Source: Williopsis jadinii
Taxonomy: Eukaryota
Assembly (NCBI GenBank): GCA_024346625.1
Contig: AP024667.1
Coordinates: forward strand, 434,001 to 498,000
Direction of reading: 5' to 3'
Length of the DNA stretch: 64,000 bases
In this document: in pieces, positions 10,795 through 22,360 of the stretch
How positions within the stretch are numbered: the first letter of the stretch is position 1
How the letters are laid out: every line of letters begins with the position of its first letter
Notes under the pieces: generated by a model
The model's database searches: none
What the model saw: only the letters and a program-made list of their open reading frames with translations
What the model was told of the DNA's origin: nothing
Made by a program: the position numbers and the translations under genes

Positions 10795-11667
10795 TCAATC
10801 GGAGTCAGAGTCCTCTTCTTCACTGGAGTCCTCTTCAGCAACGACTTCTTCTTCGCTGGCATCTTCATAAACAGGAACGTCCTCCTTCGTGACTTCTTGC
10901 TGAGTCTCAAGTGGAACAACTTCCAGGTCATCGAATTTGATCTTCTTATTAGGAACCACAGGTAATGCTTCGCTTTCGCTTCCAGGTTTTATGAGAGAGC
11001 CTTCAACAGACACCACTCTACCAGAGTTGTGGATGGCCTTCACGGTGAACTTCACCTTCCCATCAATAGGGATCTCATTCTCATCGATCCATTGACCAAG
11101 GGACTGGGACTTTAGTTGTTCCTCGTCCGACCCTGTGGCTTGTTCATCGGCCTGGTTAGGTATAAACTGCCACGATTCTGGGATGTTATTCTTCTTGATA
11201 CTTCCGTTGAACGTATCGTTGATCAGCAAACCGATATGGGATGGTGACTGCATGTAGACCAACCCTTCGAGGACATCACCCACTTGAGGCTTCCACACTA
11301 GGAAGTCCACTGAGACCCACAGGAATGCAAATGGACTATGTGGGTTCACAGTTGCAATGATATCACCGCTTTCTCCAATGTGCTCTTCGCTCACCGTCAC
11401 GTTATCGTAACCAATGACAACACCGTTCACCTTGGCGAAGTTCTTCATAAGCATAGGGTCCAAATGCTGGGACTTGATACCTTCGATTGGCTGTTTGAGG
11501 TACGAAGGTGCCAGGGAAACGTACAGCGAGACGTTGATCTTGTGGAAACACTCCGAGAGGCCATCACTGTTCACAGGGTTTGTAGAGTTGTGTTTGATGA
11601 ACTGTGGTTTTCTACGCTTATTGCCCTGCAAGCTATCAGAGTTCGATCTTTTTCTTACTTGAGACAT
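10795..11667 (-). CDS. RPA43: RNA polymerase I subunit A43
   Basis: SLYVSLAP, QHLDPML, VWKPQVGDVLEG..YMQSPSHIGLLINDTFN and an acidic tail. Start taken at MSQVRKRS. Confidence 0.93.
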   Translation of the reverse strand: MSQVRKRSNSDSLQGNKRRKPQFIKHNSTNPVNSDGLSECFHKINVSLYVSLAPSYLKQPIEGIKSQHLDPMLMKNFAKVNGVVIGYDNVTVSEEHIGESGDIIATVNPHSPFAFLWVSVDFLVWKPQVGDVLEGLVYMQSPSHIGLLINDTFNGSIKKNNIPESWQFIPNQADEQATGSDEEQLKSQSLGQWIDENEIPIDGKVKFTVKAIHNSGRVVSVEGSLIKPGSESEALPVVPNKKIKFDDLEVVPLETQQEVTKEDVPVYEDASEEEVVAEEDSSEEEDSDSD

Positions 11668-11773
11668 GATGAACTGAGCCAAAGTGTGTACGTTGATCTC
11701 CTTCTGTAGGCCCTTTCCCTTGGTGATGATTAACAGGTAATTTTTTTTTCTGCCCACCTCACTGTGCTCGAGT

Positions 11774-11798
11774 AAAATTTTCGAGCTTATGCGATGAG
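11774..11798. promoter_or_regulatory. RRPE-like (AAAATTTTC) plus PAC (GCGATGAG) ribosome-biogenesis elements
   Basis: Both motifs lie about 110-130 bp upstream of RPA43. Confidence 0.75.
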
Positions 11799-11938
11799 TT
11801 ACGGAAATTGGGAGAGCGCCAAAAGCAGCACTCGGATATCGGAACATTCCCAAAACGCGATAGAGAGCTACACATGGGAGCCCAAGCATTAAGGAGGACA
11901 GTTTCGACACAAGAGATGAGTGGTTGTGATTAATTAAC

Positions 11939-12857
11939 CTAATCAAAGAACTTTCTAGTCTTGGATGGTCCGAAAAGTGACAGTCTAATAGCTGGAAGGG
12001 ACTCCTCAGAAAGCAATTTCAATCTCTCCTCCAAAGTGTTATCGACATCGATTCTACCACTACCGTTTGTAAGAACAACACCTCCAGCAAGGTCCTTGTT
12101 CAAGTATTCGGATTCATTAATGGTGACCTCTACCGGGTATCCAGTCTTCTTCTCAAACTCGGCAGCTGCCGTGGCGAGGGCCTTCTTCGCAACGTCCAAG
12201 TCTGCTTCACGCACTTTGATGCTGACCTTCTTCTCCAGGATAGTCAAGAGGCCCTCCTCGATCAAGCCGGCAAGAACAGGCTCGTATCTGGCCTTGTCCT
12301 TGCTGATCTTCTTCAGGTCCTCCTCGGCCTGCGCAAAGATATCGTCCAGAACGGTTTCTCTCTGGGACAACACTTTGAGTCTGGTCTTGTTTGCAATGGT
12401 GGACTTTGTAATTTGTTGTGCAAGCGACGCCTTCTTGGTCTTCTGTGCGTACAGCGCGTCAATGGCAGCAATCTCAGAGCGGACAATGTTTGCCTTTTCG
12501 ATTTCGTACTCCTCATCGGCCTAGCGTGTGTAGGGGGTGGGTTAGTATCGTGCAATTAGCCTGTAGTCATACAATCGATACGCACCTTGAGCTGGATCTC
12601 CTTGGCCTTCTCGTCAGCCTCCTTCTTGATGAAGGACTCCATCTTCTTCAATTCATCCGCAACCTATCCGCCATGTTAGTATTCCACCTCGTCCCGCCAG
12701 TATACGCCAGCAACATGCTTTCGAGGACAACACCACGCAAAACCCAGGGTGCTAGGGACCCCTTCCTCGACATAAAAGCTCTCTTCGCAATCCCCGGCAT
12801 ACACTGACACCACAGCACACATACCTGGTTGTCACTGAGTGCACGAGCAGTAGCCAT
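11939..12857 (-). CDS. VMA4: V-ATPase V1 subunit E. Three exons: 12857-12825, 12663-12586, 12520-11939
   Basis: Intron 1 is 12824-12664 (GTATGT..TACTAAC..TAG) and intron 2 is 12585-12521 (GTGCGT..TACTAAC..TAG). Spliced protein: MATARALSDNQ|VADELKKMESFIKKEADEKAKEIQLK|ADEEYEIEKANIVR...LFGPSKTRKFFD. Confidence 0.96.
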
Positions 12858-13332
12858 CTTTCACTGTTCTCTATTAGCGCCCTTGTTTATTATCCGTCAA
12901 GCTGATACTGAAGAGTGTGCTTTGTTTTGGCTGTGAACTTCTGAGCCCGGCGGCTCCAATCCCTTTTTGTGGCAGCAGCCAAGTGCGCTGCATAACCGTA
13001 ATATACAACCGGGAGGGACAGTTCTGCAGATATTTCCCGATTGGGAGGATTGCCGTTTTTGGAAATGAATTGCGTATTTTCAAAACAATAACAAAGCCTG
13101 TTTTCAGCGCAAAAATCAAAACAAAAACATTGCTGTTGAGAGGGATAGAGACAGCTTCAGAGAATTTACAAGTAGACAGCGAGTGTAAGCCGTGGCGGTT
13201 GTGTAATAGGCTTTGTTAAGACGACAGAGAGGTACTATCAGGGTAATAGGAGAATTAGAAGGGAGACTGTGTTGAGAACGGGCACTGGAGTGAGGTCGTA
13301 GCCCAAGAGAATTTGCATCTCAGGTCATCGCC

Positions 13333-16300
13333 ATGTTAGTGAGCTGGCGAGTGAGCTGTCAACAGGTTCGAGCGGCGCAGCGGCCTGGCACACTGATGCC
13401 AGTACGGTGGAAGACAACGTTCAAAGAGCAGCCAAGGATCAATGCTGTTGGCATTCAGTACCTCTCGCACCACCTGGATAGACAGGTATTCCCTTCAAAG
13501 AGGCAATCAGAAGGGTTGCGGTCTGAAGAGGATGAGCGGTTGATCGACATATCGAAGAGCTACTTGCAGAGGCATGGCCTGCTGGGGAAGAAGACATCGA
13601 TTAAGGAGCCCATCAGCTTTGATCTACCGAAGCTACAGGGGAATAATTTGGATGAACACTTTAGAAGGTTAGCTCTGTTCGCATCAGACCCATATCTGCA
13701 GTACGCTAAGGACTTTGCTGAGGTGACGCTGCCTCCCAAACCGAAGGAGTTCCTGTTCAAGTCAGGATGGCTCAAATACACACGAGATGGTGACGCTGTT
13801 GAAGTTGCGTATCCGGAAGGTGACGCCCTTGTATTTGACGTTGAGACGTTGTACAAAGTGTCTCATTACCCGATAATGGCAACAGCAGCTACAAAGGATG
13901 CTTGGTATGGCTGGGTTTCCCCCAAGCTAACTGGTGAATCTGAATCGTTTGAACATCTCATACCTCTCAATACTGTTCAGCAGAAAAGGGTCATCGTTGG
14001 TCACAATGTTAGTTATGATCGTTCTCGTGTGAAGGAGGAGTACAGTTTAGCAGAATCCAAGGCTTTCTATCTGGATACAATGGCTTTGCACATTGCAGTT
14101 TCTGGAATGTGCTCACAACAAAGGATCAAGTGGATGGAACATCGCAAGCTCAAGCATGCCGAGGAACTTGACGAGGAGGAAATCAGAGATTCTGAAATTA
14201 ATGACCCCTGGGTCAACTATAGCAGTCCAAATTCTCTGGCGGATGTTACCGAGTTTTATTTCAAGGAAAACATTGACAAATCAATCAGAGACACATTCTC
14301 AGAACTTGATATCCAAGTAATTCGTGATGACTTCCAGAACTTGATAGGTTACTGTGCCAAAGATGTTGCAACTACACACAGGATTTATTCACATGTATTA
14401 CCAGAGTTCCTAGAGAGTTCTCCACATCCTGTCTCATTCGCAGCTTTGAAATTTATGGGAACAGGTATTTTAACTACAAACAAGAGTTGGGAATCCTATT
14501 TAGAAAGTTCTGAAAAGCTTTACCAAGAAAGTCGCTCTCACATTGAATCAAGCTTGAGAGAACTAGCCGAGGAGGCTGTGTCTTTGAGAGACTCACCAGA
14601 AATTTATATGAAAGACCCCTGGTTGAAACAATTGAACTGGAAATCTACACCGCAAAAGTTTAGAAAGGATGGTCAACCGTACAAGAAGCAGAAACTTCCA
14701 GGATACCCAGAATGGTATAAGGAGCTCTACGACTCAAAGGATCAAACTTTACGTTTAACTACAAGAGGGAGAGTAACACCATTACTACTGAAACTGAAGT
14801 GGGAAGGATATCCAGTGATATGGAATGATCATTATGGTTGGTGTTTTGAGGCACCCAGATCGAAACGTGAAGAATTGCTGCAAAAGAATTACATCCTTGA
14901 AAAGGATTTCTTGAAGACATATGGAACGAAAAGGCCAACTAAGGGCAAACAAAAGAAAGATGTAACTGAAGAGGATCTATTGGGTCAAACGGAATCTGAA
15001 ATTGAGTCCTTTTGGAACAAGGACCCCGAGACATCTGAGTTCGTTTACTTTAGAATTCCAAACAATGTTGGTCCGTTGCACCGGACAAGTCTACTACTGT
15101 CTAAAGGCTTCTCCAATGCGTTCGAGAAGAATATTCTTTCATCTGATAACCCAGTTGCTCAACAAGCCCTTCAGATGAATGCTAGTTGCAGTTACTGGAT
15201 CAGTGCACGTGAACGTATCATGAATCAGTTTGTTATCCACAAGACAAAGAACTACAGTATTATTTTGCCACAAGTCCTTACCATGGGAACAGTTACCAGA
15301 AGAGCAGTGGAGAAAACATGGTTAACAGCATCAAATGCGAAAAAATCAAGAATTGGATCCGAGTTGAAATCTAAGGTTATTGCTCCACCAGGGTATTGTT
15401 TTGTTGGTGCAGATGTTGATTCAGAGGAACTTTGGATTGCATCCTTAGTTGGCGATGCTATGTTCAAACTGCATGGTGGTACGGCGATTGGTTGGATGAC
15501 ATTGGAAGGTTCAAAGAATGAAGGAACTGATTTACATTCCAAAACAGCTAGCATTTTGGGTATCGGCAGAGGTGAAGCCAAGGTTTTCAATTATGGTCGA
15601 ATATACGGGGCTGGTGTCAAATTTGCAACCACTCTTTTAAAGAGATTCAATCCAAACTTTACCGATGAAGAGTGCAAAGTGCGTGCAGAGAACTTGTATG
15701 CTGAGACGAAAGGAAGTGATGGAAAGTTTTACATCAACAAGGAACGACACAAGCTATGGTATGGTGGTTCTGAAAGTGTTCTTTTCAACGAGTTGGAACG
15801 CATTGCACAGCATGATCATCCGAAGACACCCATATTGGGTGCAAGCATCACCAGGGCTTTAATGGCAAAGTATTTGAATGTGAATTCATTCCTACCGTCA
15901 AGAGTGAATTGGGCTATTCAGTCGTCTGGTGTTGACTATCTACATTTGTTATGTGTCTCTATGAATTATTTATTGAAGAAATACTCCATCAAAGCGCGTC
16001 TTTGTCTAAGTGTTCATGATGAAATCAGATACTTGGTAAAAGAGGAGGATAAATATCGTGCTGCTATGGCATTACAGATATCGAATATCTGGACTCGTGC
16101 TATTTTCTCTGAGAATTTGGGTATGAAGGACCTCCCACAGTCTTGTGCCTTCTTTTCTGCTGTTGATATCGATCATGTGTTGAGAAAGGAAGTTGATATG
16201 GATTGCGTGACTCCATCGAATCCGAATCCGATCTCACCTGGGAAGTCGCTAGACATCTTGGAGCTACTCTCGAAACCTGAAAGTAGCTTGGGTGTTGGAA

Positions 16301-17094
16301 AAGACTTGAAGTTGACCGAGAAGATTGTGCTTGAAGTCCCAAAGCATACACATGATACTTTTGATAACAGTAAGGAAGACTATTTCTCATTGAAGAATCC
16401 ACTTTGGAAGGAGACGTATCTCAAAATGCAAATAGCAGACGATAAGGAGCAGTTCAAACAGATCTACAGATCATATAGTGGTGAAGTTCGTCAACAAAGG
16501 AAACAGCGCTCAGTGGATAACGATGTGTTCTTCGAGAATTCGCCTGGAGGGCTAGCTAACACCGTTACAAGACAATCATTAACCACAGCTGCTGTTGATG
16601 ATGCCATTCCGTCAGCACCACCAATGAATAAGGAGACAAAGAAACGCAAGTATAAACGAAGGGAAACATATGCGGATGAACTGAGGGACATTGCTAACAT
16701 GCTCACGGAGTGTGATATCGACTCTTTGAATCCAGCGCTCACGCGTAAACCTTACAGGAGAAACTACAATAGGAAGTTTGAAAAGTTCCAGAGGCATCAA
16801 CCAGAGCGACTGTCGTTTGAAGAACTTGAGCGTTGTGCACCTGTTGGTCCATCATCTAGAAAGACATACGGGCATGTGAATGACTCTCATAGCTTTGATC
16901 CGTTTGACCCTAGCGTCTTTGATCCGTCTGTTTTCAGGGTACCTGACAAGGGAAATATAAACAAGAAACAATCTGGTCATGTTGAAGAATACGGTGAGCT
17001 CAGGAACAGGATTTACACCAATCCTTCAGCTGTGGAAGCATTCTTCAATGATCAGCCAGTACCAACCCGACGAACTTCCCGAGTCCGCCATTAA
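13333..17094 (+). CDS. MIP1: Mitochondrial DNA polymerase gamma
   Basis: Exonuclease motifs LVFDVE and VGHNVSYDR; polymerase motifs VGADVDSEELWIA, AKVFNYGRIYGAG and SVHDEIRY; fungal C-terminal extension. Confidence 0.98.
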   Translation: MLVSWRVSCQQVRAAQRPGTLMPVRWKTTFKEQPRINAVGIQYLSHHLDRQVFPSKRQSEGLRSEEDERLIDISKSYLQRHGLLGKKTSIKEPISFDLPKLQGNNLDEHFRRLALFASDPYLQYAKDFAEVTLPPKPKEFLFKSGWLKYTRDGDAVEVAYPEGDALVFDVETLYKVSHYPIMATAATKDAWYGWVSPKLTGESESFEHLIPLNTVQQKRVIVGHNVSYDRSRVKEEYSLAESKAFYLDTMALHIAVSGMCSQQRIKWMEHRKLKHAEELDEEEIRDSEINDPWVNYSSPNSLADVTEFYFKENIDKSIRDTFSELDIQVIRDDFQNLIGYCAKDVATTHRIYSHVLPEFLESSPHPVSFAALKFMGTGILTTNKSWESYLESSEKLYQESRSHIESSLRELAEEAVSLRDSPEIYMKDPWLKQLNWKSTPQKFRKDGQPYKKQKLPGYPEWYKELYDSKDQTLRLTTRGRVTPLLLKLKWEGYPVIWNDHYGWCFEAPRSKREELLQKNYILEKDFLKTYGTKRPTKGKQKKDVTEEDLLGQTESEIESFWNKDPETSEFVYFRIPNNVGPLHRTSLLLSKGFSNAFEKNILSSDNPVAQQALQMNASCSYWISARERIMNQFVIHKTKNYSIILPQVLTMGTVTRRAVEKTWLTASNAKKSRIGSELKSKVIAPPGYCFVGADVDSEELWIASLVGDAMFKLHGGTAIGWMTLEGSKNEGTDLHSKTASILGIGRGEAKVFNYGRIYGAGVKFATTLLKRFNPNFTDEECKVRAENLYAETKGSDGKFYINKERHKLWYGGSESVLFNELERIAQHDHPKTPILGASITRALMAKYLNVNSFLPSRVNWAIQSSGVDYLHLLCVSMNYLLKKYSIKARLCLSVHDEIRYLVKEEDKYRAAMALQISNIWTRAIFSENLGMKDLPQSCAFFSAVDIDHVLRKEVDMDCVTPSNPNPISPGKSLDILELLSKPESSLGVGKDLKLTEKIVLEVPKHTHDTFDNSKEDYFSLKNPLWKETYLKMQIADDKEQFKQIYRSYSGEVRQQRKQRSVDNDVFFENSPGGLANTVTRQSLTTAAVDDAIPSAPPMNKETKKRKYKRRETYADELRDIANMLTECDIDSLNPALTRKPYRRNYNRKFEKFQRHQPERLSFEELERCAPVGPSSRKTYGHVNDSHSFDPFDPSVFDPSVFRVPDKGNINKKQSGHVEEYGELRNRIYTNPSAVEAFFNDQPVPTRRTSRVRH

Positions 17095-17411
17095 TTGATA
17101 CCATATTATTACGATTATCTAATGACACAACATCTATATGACACTAGACGGGTTTGTAATGCATCTTGTGATGGCTTACGCGTGCTAAAAGTGGTTACAA
17201 TGTTAATATTAAGTATATATAACGTGTTTTGAATCCCTCTTCCAAATCTCTATAGCGTATCGCAAAGTTATCGTTATCTCATGACGTGTTAGTAATACTG
17301 CATCATCCTATCTTAGTCGTTCTGTTTATGAGATTGGATTTTGTTTCTCCTCCTGCTCATCTTGCTCATCCTGGTGAGCCCTTCCTCTGTTCTGACTGTA
17401 ATTGGACACTT

Positions 17412-18545
17412 TTACATAGACAAAACCTTCTTAAGAGCTCTGATGATAGTTGGTGGGTCTGGGAAGGCAAAGTCTTCCAATTCCTTAGCGTATGGTGTTG
17501 GAACCTCAGCACCTGTCACACGCTCAACTGGGGCATCCAAGTAGTCAAAGGCCTCGGACTCCATGATTTGAGCACAGATCTCAGAACCGACACCAAAGGC
17601 TGGGAAACCAGCCTCAACGGTGATCAGGTGGTTGGTCTTCTTGACGGACTCAATGATGGCTGGGACGTCCAATGGCTTGATGGATCTCAAGTTGATAACC
17701 TCGACAGAGACGCCAAAGTCCTTGGCCATGGTCTCAGCAGCCTCGAGGGCAAATTGCACGTTTCTGGTATGTGTAACAACTGTAACGTCGGAACCTTCTC
17801 TTTCAACCTTGGCCTTACCGATTGGCAACACGAAGTCTGGAGAGAGGGCCTCCTCTGAAACCTCAAAGGTTTCACCATAGAGCAATTCGTTCTCCAAGAT
17901 CACAACTGGGTTTGGGTCTCTGATCGCAGCCTTGACCAAACCTCTGTAGTCTTCCGCAGAGTATGGAGAAACAACCTTCAACCCTGGAATCTGACCATAC
18001 CAGGCACTGTAGTCCTGGGAGTGTTGTGCAGCGACACCGGCAGCAGCACCGTTAGGACCTCTGAACGTGATGTTACATGGCTGAATACCACCAGACATGT
18101 AGTATGTCTTTGCCGCAGAGTTGATGATCTGATCGATGGATTGCATGGCAAAGTTGAAGGTCATGAACTCGACCACCGGCTTTAGCCCGGCCAACGCGGC
18201 ACCCGTGGCCAACCCGGTGAAACCCATCTCTGTGATCGGAGTGTCGATGATTCTCTTCTCTCCAAATCTATCAAGAAGACCCTTGGTGATCTTGTACGCA
18301 CCCTGGTATTGCGCAACCTCCTCACCGATGACAAACACGTCCGGATCACGGTCAAGCTCCTCGGCCAAGGCAGAGTTCAACGCGTCACGGACCGTCATCT
18401 TGGTTGGTCCCTTGGTGGTGGATTGATTACGGACAGCATGGTGGGCAGCGAACGCTGCACTGACACCAGCTTGTCTGGTGGAGAGCATGTGCTTTTGAGC
18501 AGCCAATTGCGCAGTCTTTGCGACCTGGGTGAACTTGCAAGCCAT
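17412..18545 (-). CDS. PDB1: Pyruvate dehydrogenase E1 beta subunit
   Basis: [49 protein letters not shown] and [17 protein letters not shown]. Confidence 0.98.
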   Translation of the reverse strand: MACKFTQVAKTAQLAAQKHMLSTRQAGVSAAFAAHHAVRNQSTTKGPTKMTVRDALNSALAEELDRDPDVFVIGEEVAQYQGAYKITKGLLDRFGEKRIIDTPITEMGFTGLATGAALAGLKPVVEFMTFNFAMQSIDQIINSAAKTYYMSGGIQPCNITFRGPNGAAAGVAAQHSQDYSAWYGQIPGLKVVSPYSAEDYRGLVKAAIRDPNPVVILENELLYGETFEVSEEALSPDFVLPIGKAKVEREGSDVTVVTHTRNVQFALEAAETMAKDFGVSVEVINLRSIKPLDVPAIIESVKKTNHLITVEAGFPAFGVGSEICAQIMESEAFDYLDAPVERVTGAEVPTPYAKELEDFAFPDPPTIIRALKKVLSM

Positions 18546-19340
18546 CGTACGTCTTATTCCAAGGGGTGATTGTACTTATCCAACGCTTACGGATGTGGTC
18601 TAGAAAGGGGGATGAAAGATTGGGTAAAAATTAAAAAAAAATCACTTCAAGAGAGAGAAAGAGCCCAGGCTGAGAGATTTGCGAAACTGGCAACTTGGTC
18701 TTCTCTGCATTGGGGCAGAGGTATCCTGCCCTCCCACGGAATCGCACCCACTGAGAAGCGGCCCCCCCTGTTTTTTCCTGCTGCGGTTTGTTGTGGGAGG
18801 AAAGCAGTGGCAGAGGGCACACAGAGCGCGAGGCAGAAAACCCGTGGGGAACCAGATTGTTGGTTGCTGGTGTGCGGGTGTTTTGTGTTGGAAGAGGGCG
18901 AAATGGGGCCAATTGGGGGTCCAGTGGCTACTGGCGTAGGCATTCGTGGTGGCTCTACGAGCCCCCCATGGGTGGCCACTATGATTGGATAATTAGGGCC
19001 GTCGCAGCAGTCTGTTTCGGGGCCTTTTCACCGTTGTTGAGCGACCCACGCTGTGGTGTGTAATGGTGAAGCGAGGAGCGGGCGCGGGGGCGCGCCCGCG
19101 AGGAGTTGTCCTTCTACGCTGGAGAGATAGGGAAAACACACACACACAGGCGTGAACGGTTAAAGCCCGTGGGAGCCTTCGGTGGAGCGTTGGCCGTTTG
19201 GCTCGAGAAGTGTGCTTTTGGGGTGGTGGTGGTGGACGGGGTAGAAGGGGAAAGCGAGGAGGGGGCCTGCCCCCACGCCGCACGGTGCGCGAACGGTCAG
19301 GAGCACGCAGTGCTGTGGTGGGCGTGCGATGCGGATGTGC

Positions 19341-19467
19341 TTACATAATGGTGAGAGTGCTTACATAATGCGGAGAGCAGAGAATTCTTACATAATACAT
19401 TACTAAGCTCTTATGTAATGTGTCAAGTACGCGCTGCTGCGCGTACCGGGAAAACTGACTGGCCAAT
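19341..19467. promoter_or_regulatory. Cluster of five Yap/bZIP-type sites plus a CCAAT box
   Basis: TTACATAA at 19341, 19361 and 19388; TTACTAA at 19400; TTATGTAA at 19411; CCAAT at 19463. Confidence 0.6.
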
Positions 19468-19767
19468 CAGGACGCAGCAAGATCACATTACACCGGAGAG
19501 GACCTCAACAACCAGTCCATACGGTTCGATATTTGCACAGAACTTGTCCTGTCATCACAATGTTATTCCTTAGTAGCCATATCGGTGTAAATTGCGGTTA
19601 TTTCCCGCCAATTGGCGTACAATCATGTGCGTTCTTGCCGATCTGTAACGCCGATGATTTGGCACACCGGAGCAGTAACTATGGAAAAAGCAAACTCACC
19701 AATGAACGTGCCATTTGATATTGAGAGAAGACATCTTCACCTGTTCCATTGAAGCAGATATTCTATC

Positions 19768-20742
19768 ATGCCACACAGTGAAGTCTCATCGGATGATGGA
19801 ATCAAACAGGTTCGTCCCATTCCTGTGTCAGCAGACACAGGGTCGAGCTCAGCACCTTCCGATGATCATGAGAAACGCTCAATATCACAATCACCATGGC
19901 TTCCTCGCCTGAACTCGTGTATCCCACTGTTACAGTCTGTACAGAAGTACTCGAGCTATACCTTCACGACTTTTGCATTCATCCATGGACTTGCTGTTGT
20001 CGTTGCGCCGGCGATTTCCACATCACTTGCTGACGATCTCATCGGCATGGGCCGTCAGCTATACCAAGACAGCGGGCTCGAATGGATACTGGTCTGGGGG
20101 TCTCTGGGCTTGCACGTACTCAGTGGAGTCGCAGTGCGGTCGATTCGTCAAGCAATCCATAGACTGAAGCACGGCGACAAGCGTCGCAAGGCTCTAAAGA
20201 GACGCACTAGTCTCCGTGATTCAATCCCATCAGAGGAGGAGGTCATCGTCAAGGAAGAAGGTGGGCTGACTGGTGGCATATCAGGCTACGCCGGCATGAA
20301 GCCAGCGAGAACGAGCTTTGTCTCCAGAGTCCTGGGACTCACACCGCTACAGATGGCTGGGTATCTCAGCATACCGCTGGTGACGTACCACGCTCTCCAG
20401 GTGAGAATCCTACCCTTATGCCTCGAAGGCGATTCCAGCTACATCGGCCTAGACTATCTCCAGTACATCCTGTCGTGCTCCCATGGCATCGCCAGATCGT
20501 GCCTCAACTGGCTCATCTACCCATCCATGGTTCTGCTAACGACATACCACACCGTCTACGGGCTGCTCTTCTGGAATAACGTCAAACAGCTCAGGTTGAG
20601 GAAGTTGGCCATGAACTTCATCTCGCTGGTGGCGCTCTGCGGCGTGTACAGCCTATACGCCATCCACAAGATGGACTCTTCGGTCCCACAGTTCATAAAA
20701 CTGAGGTTTAGCGGATACCTGGATAAGTTCTATCTCTTCTAA
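19768..20742 (+). CDS. MCP1: Mitochondrial outer-membrane Vps13 adaptor Mcp1 (DUF1691)
   Basis: N-terminal V.PIPV (PxP-like) motif, LQSVQKYSSY, GRQLYQ, SLGLHVLSG, AGYLSIPLVTYH and YHTVYGL. Confidence 0.8.
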   Translation: MPHSEVSSDDGIKQVRPIPVSADTGSSSAPSDDHEKRSISQSPWLPRLNSCIPLLQSVQKYSSYTFTTFAFIHGLAVVVAPAISTSLADDLIGMGRQLYQDSGLEWILVWGSLGLHVLSGVAVRSIRQAIHRLKHGDKRRKALKRRTSLRDSIPSEEEVIVKEEGGLTGGISGYAGMKPARTSFVSRVLGLTPLQMAGYLSIPLVTYHALQVRILPLCLEGDSSYIGLDYLQYILSCSHGIARSCLNWLIYPSMVLLTTYHTVYGLLFWNNVKQLRLRKLAMNFISLVALCGVYSLYAIHKMDSSVPQFIKLRFSGYLDKFYLF

Positions 20743-21015
20743 TCAACACTTCTCTACGCATTCTCTCTTCATTTACACAGCCTTGGTCCCTCAAACCGTA
20801 GAACTATGCTCCATCAAGCCCATATCGCCCGTACAATTTTGAGGGCCTTCTCGGGTGGGAAAAGGTCGGAAAAAAAAGTCACAATCACCATGCTGCACAG
20901 GCCTGAAGTCTAATTTAGCTGTGTATATATAGTGCTTCCGGGACATAATCACAGCTACTGGGGGAAGCAGTCGAAGCAATCAATTGAAACACACAAGCCA
21001 GGATACACAGTGGAG

Positions 21016-22266
21016 ATGGTTACGCCAGCGATCAGATCGTTATTGGACACGGATCTCTATAAGATCACGATGCACGCTGCCGTGCACAAGAACTTCCCTG
21101 ACACTCATGTGGTGTACAAGTTCACCAACAGAACCCCTGACATGAAGCTGAACGAGGAGGCTGTGGAGTGGTTGAAGCTGCAAATCCATGCGCTTGGGGA
21201 CTTGAGATTCACGGAGGATGAAATCCAGTTCTTGGAGAGCGAGGTTCCTTACTTGCCAAAGCCTTATCTGGAGCATCTCAAGGGTTTCCAGCTGAAGCCG
21301 GATTCGCAGGTGGTGCTCAAGGTTTCCGAGGACTTTGCCATTGACCTGACCACCCATGGCTTGTGGGTAGACACCATTGCGTACGAAATCCCACTGCTGG
21401 CACTTGTATCTGAGGCTTACTTCAGATTCGTCGACACTGATTGGAACTTGGATGGCCAGTACGAAAAGGTTCAGCACAAGACCAAGGTGCTGTTGGAGGC
21501 TGGCGTGGCATTTTCAGAGTTTGGTACCAGAAGAAGAAGATCATTTGAAGTGCAAGAGCTAATCATGAAGGGGATCCTTGAGACAGACTGCGAGAACAAG
21601 AAATTGTTCTTGGGTACCTCAAATGTCTACTTTGCGAAGGAATTCGGAGTCAAGGCCATTGGTACAATTGCACACGAGTGGTTTATGGGAATTGCTGCTA
21701 TAACACAGGACTACACCCATGCCAACCATAAGGCGTTGGACTACTGGATCAACACCTTTGGTCCAGAGCACGCAGGACTAGCATTGACTGATACTTTCGG
21801 AACTGATGATTTCTTGAAAGTGTTTGTTAAACCATACACCGATTACTATACCGGTGTAAGACAAGACTCTGGTGACCCAGAGCTCTATGCTGAGAAGATT
21901 GCCTCCCACTATGCCAAACTGGGATACCAGAAGTTCTCAAAAGTCATTTGCTTTTCTGATTCCTTGAACGTGGAGAAGTGTATCAAGTATAAACATAAAG
22001 CTGATGAACTTGGGTTGAAGGCAATCTTTGGAATTGGCACCAATTTGACCAATGACTTTGTCTCAACAACTACTGGGAAGAAATCCGAGCCTATGAACAT
22101 CGTCATCAAGCTTTCAGAGGCCAATGGCAAGCCTGCTATCAAGATCAGTGACAACCTGGGCAAGAACACCGGTGATAAAGAAACCGTTGCGAGTGTTAAA
22201 CAAGAGCTGGGGTATACTGAAAAGACCTGGAAAGGCGGAGACGAAGCACACAGATGGGATAATTGA
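21016..22266 (+). CDS. NPT1: Nicotinate phosphoribosyltransferase
   Basis: [52 protein letters not shown] and [13 protein letters not shown]. Confidence 0.98.
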   Translation: MVTPAIRSLLDTDLYKITMHAAVHKNFPDTHVVYKFTNRTPDMKLNEEAVEWLKLQIHALGDLRFTEDEIQFLESEVPYLPKPYLEHLKGFQLKPDSQVVLKVSEDFAIDLTTHGLWVDTIAYEIPLLALVSEAYFRFVDTDWNLDGQYEKVQHKTKVLLEAGVAFSEFGTRRRRSFEVQELIMKGILETDCENKKLFLGTSNVYFAKEFGVKAIGTIAHEWFMGIAAITQDYTHANHKALDYWINTFGPEHAGLALTDTFGTDDFLKVFVKPYTDYYTGVRQDSGDPELYAEKIASHYAKLGYQKFSKVICFSDSLNVEKCIKYKHKADELGLKAIFGIGTNLTNDFVSTTTGKKSEPMNIVIKLSEANGKPAIKISDNLGKNTGDKETVASVKQELGYTEKTWKGGDEAHRWDN

Positions 22267-22360
22267 TCATGTAACCATTAGTTTTCTTATTCTTCCATGA
22301 GTTTTCTTTTTACACATTTGAATATCAGTTAAAGCGTTTATGTTTATCGTTTCATCGTAA

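Noticed and set aside
11668..11946. Stop-free frame linking the end of VMA4 to RPA43, suggesting a frameshift fusion or N-terminal extension
   Set aside because: The region carries the RRPE/PAC promoter motifs of RPA43, has no known slippery site, and encodes a non-conserved-looking peptide. It is likely chance.
16891..16935. FDP/DPSVF mini-repeat in the Mip1 C-terminal extension
   Set aside because: It lies in the known variable fungal extension, with no evidence of function.
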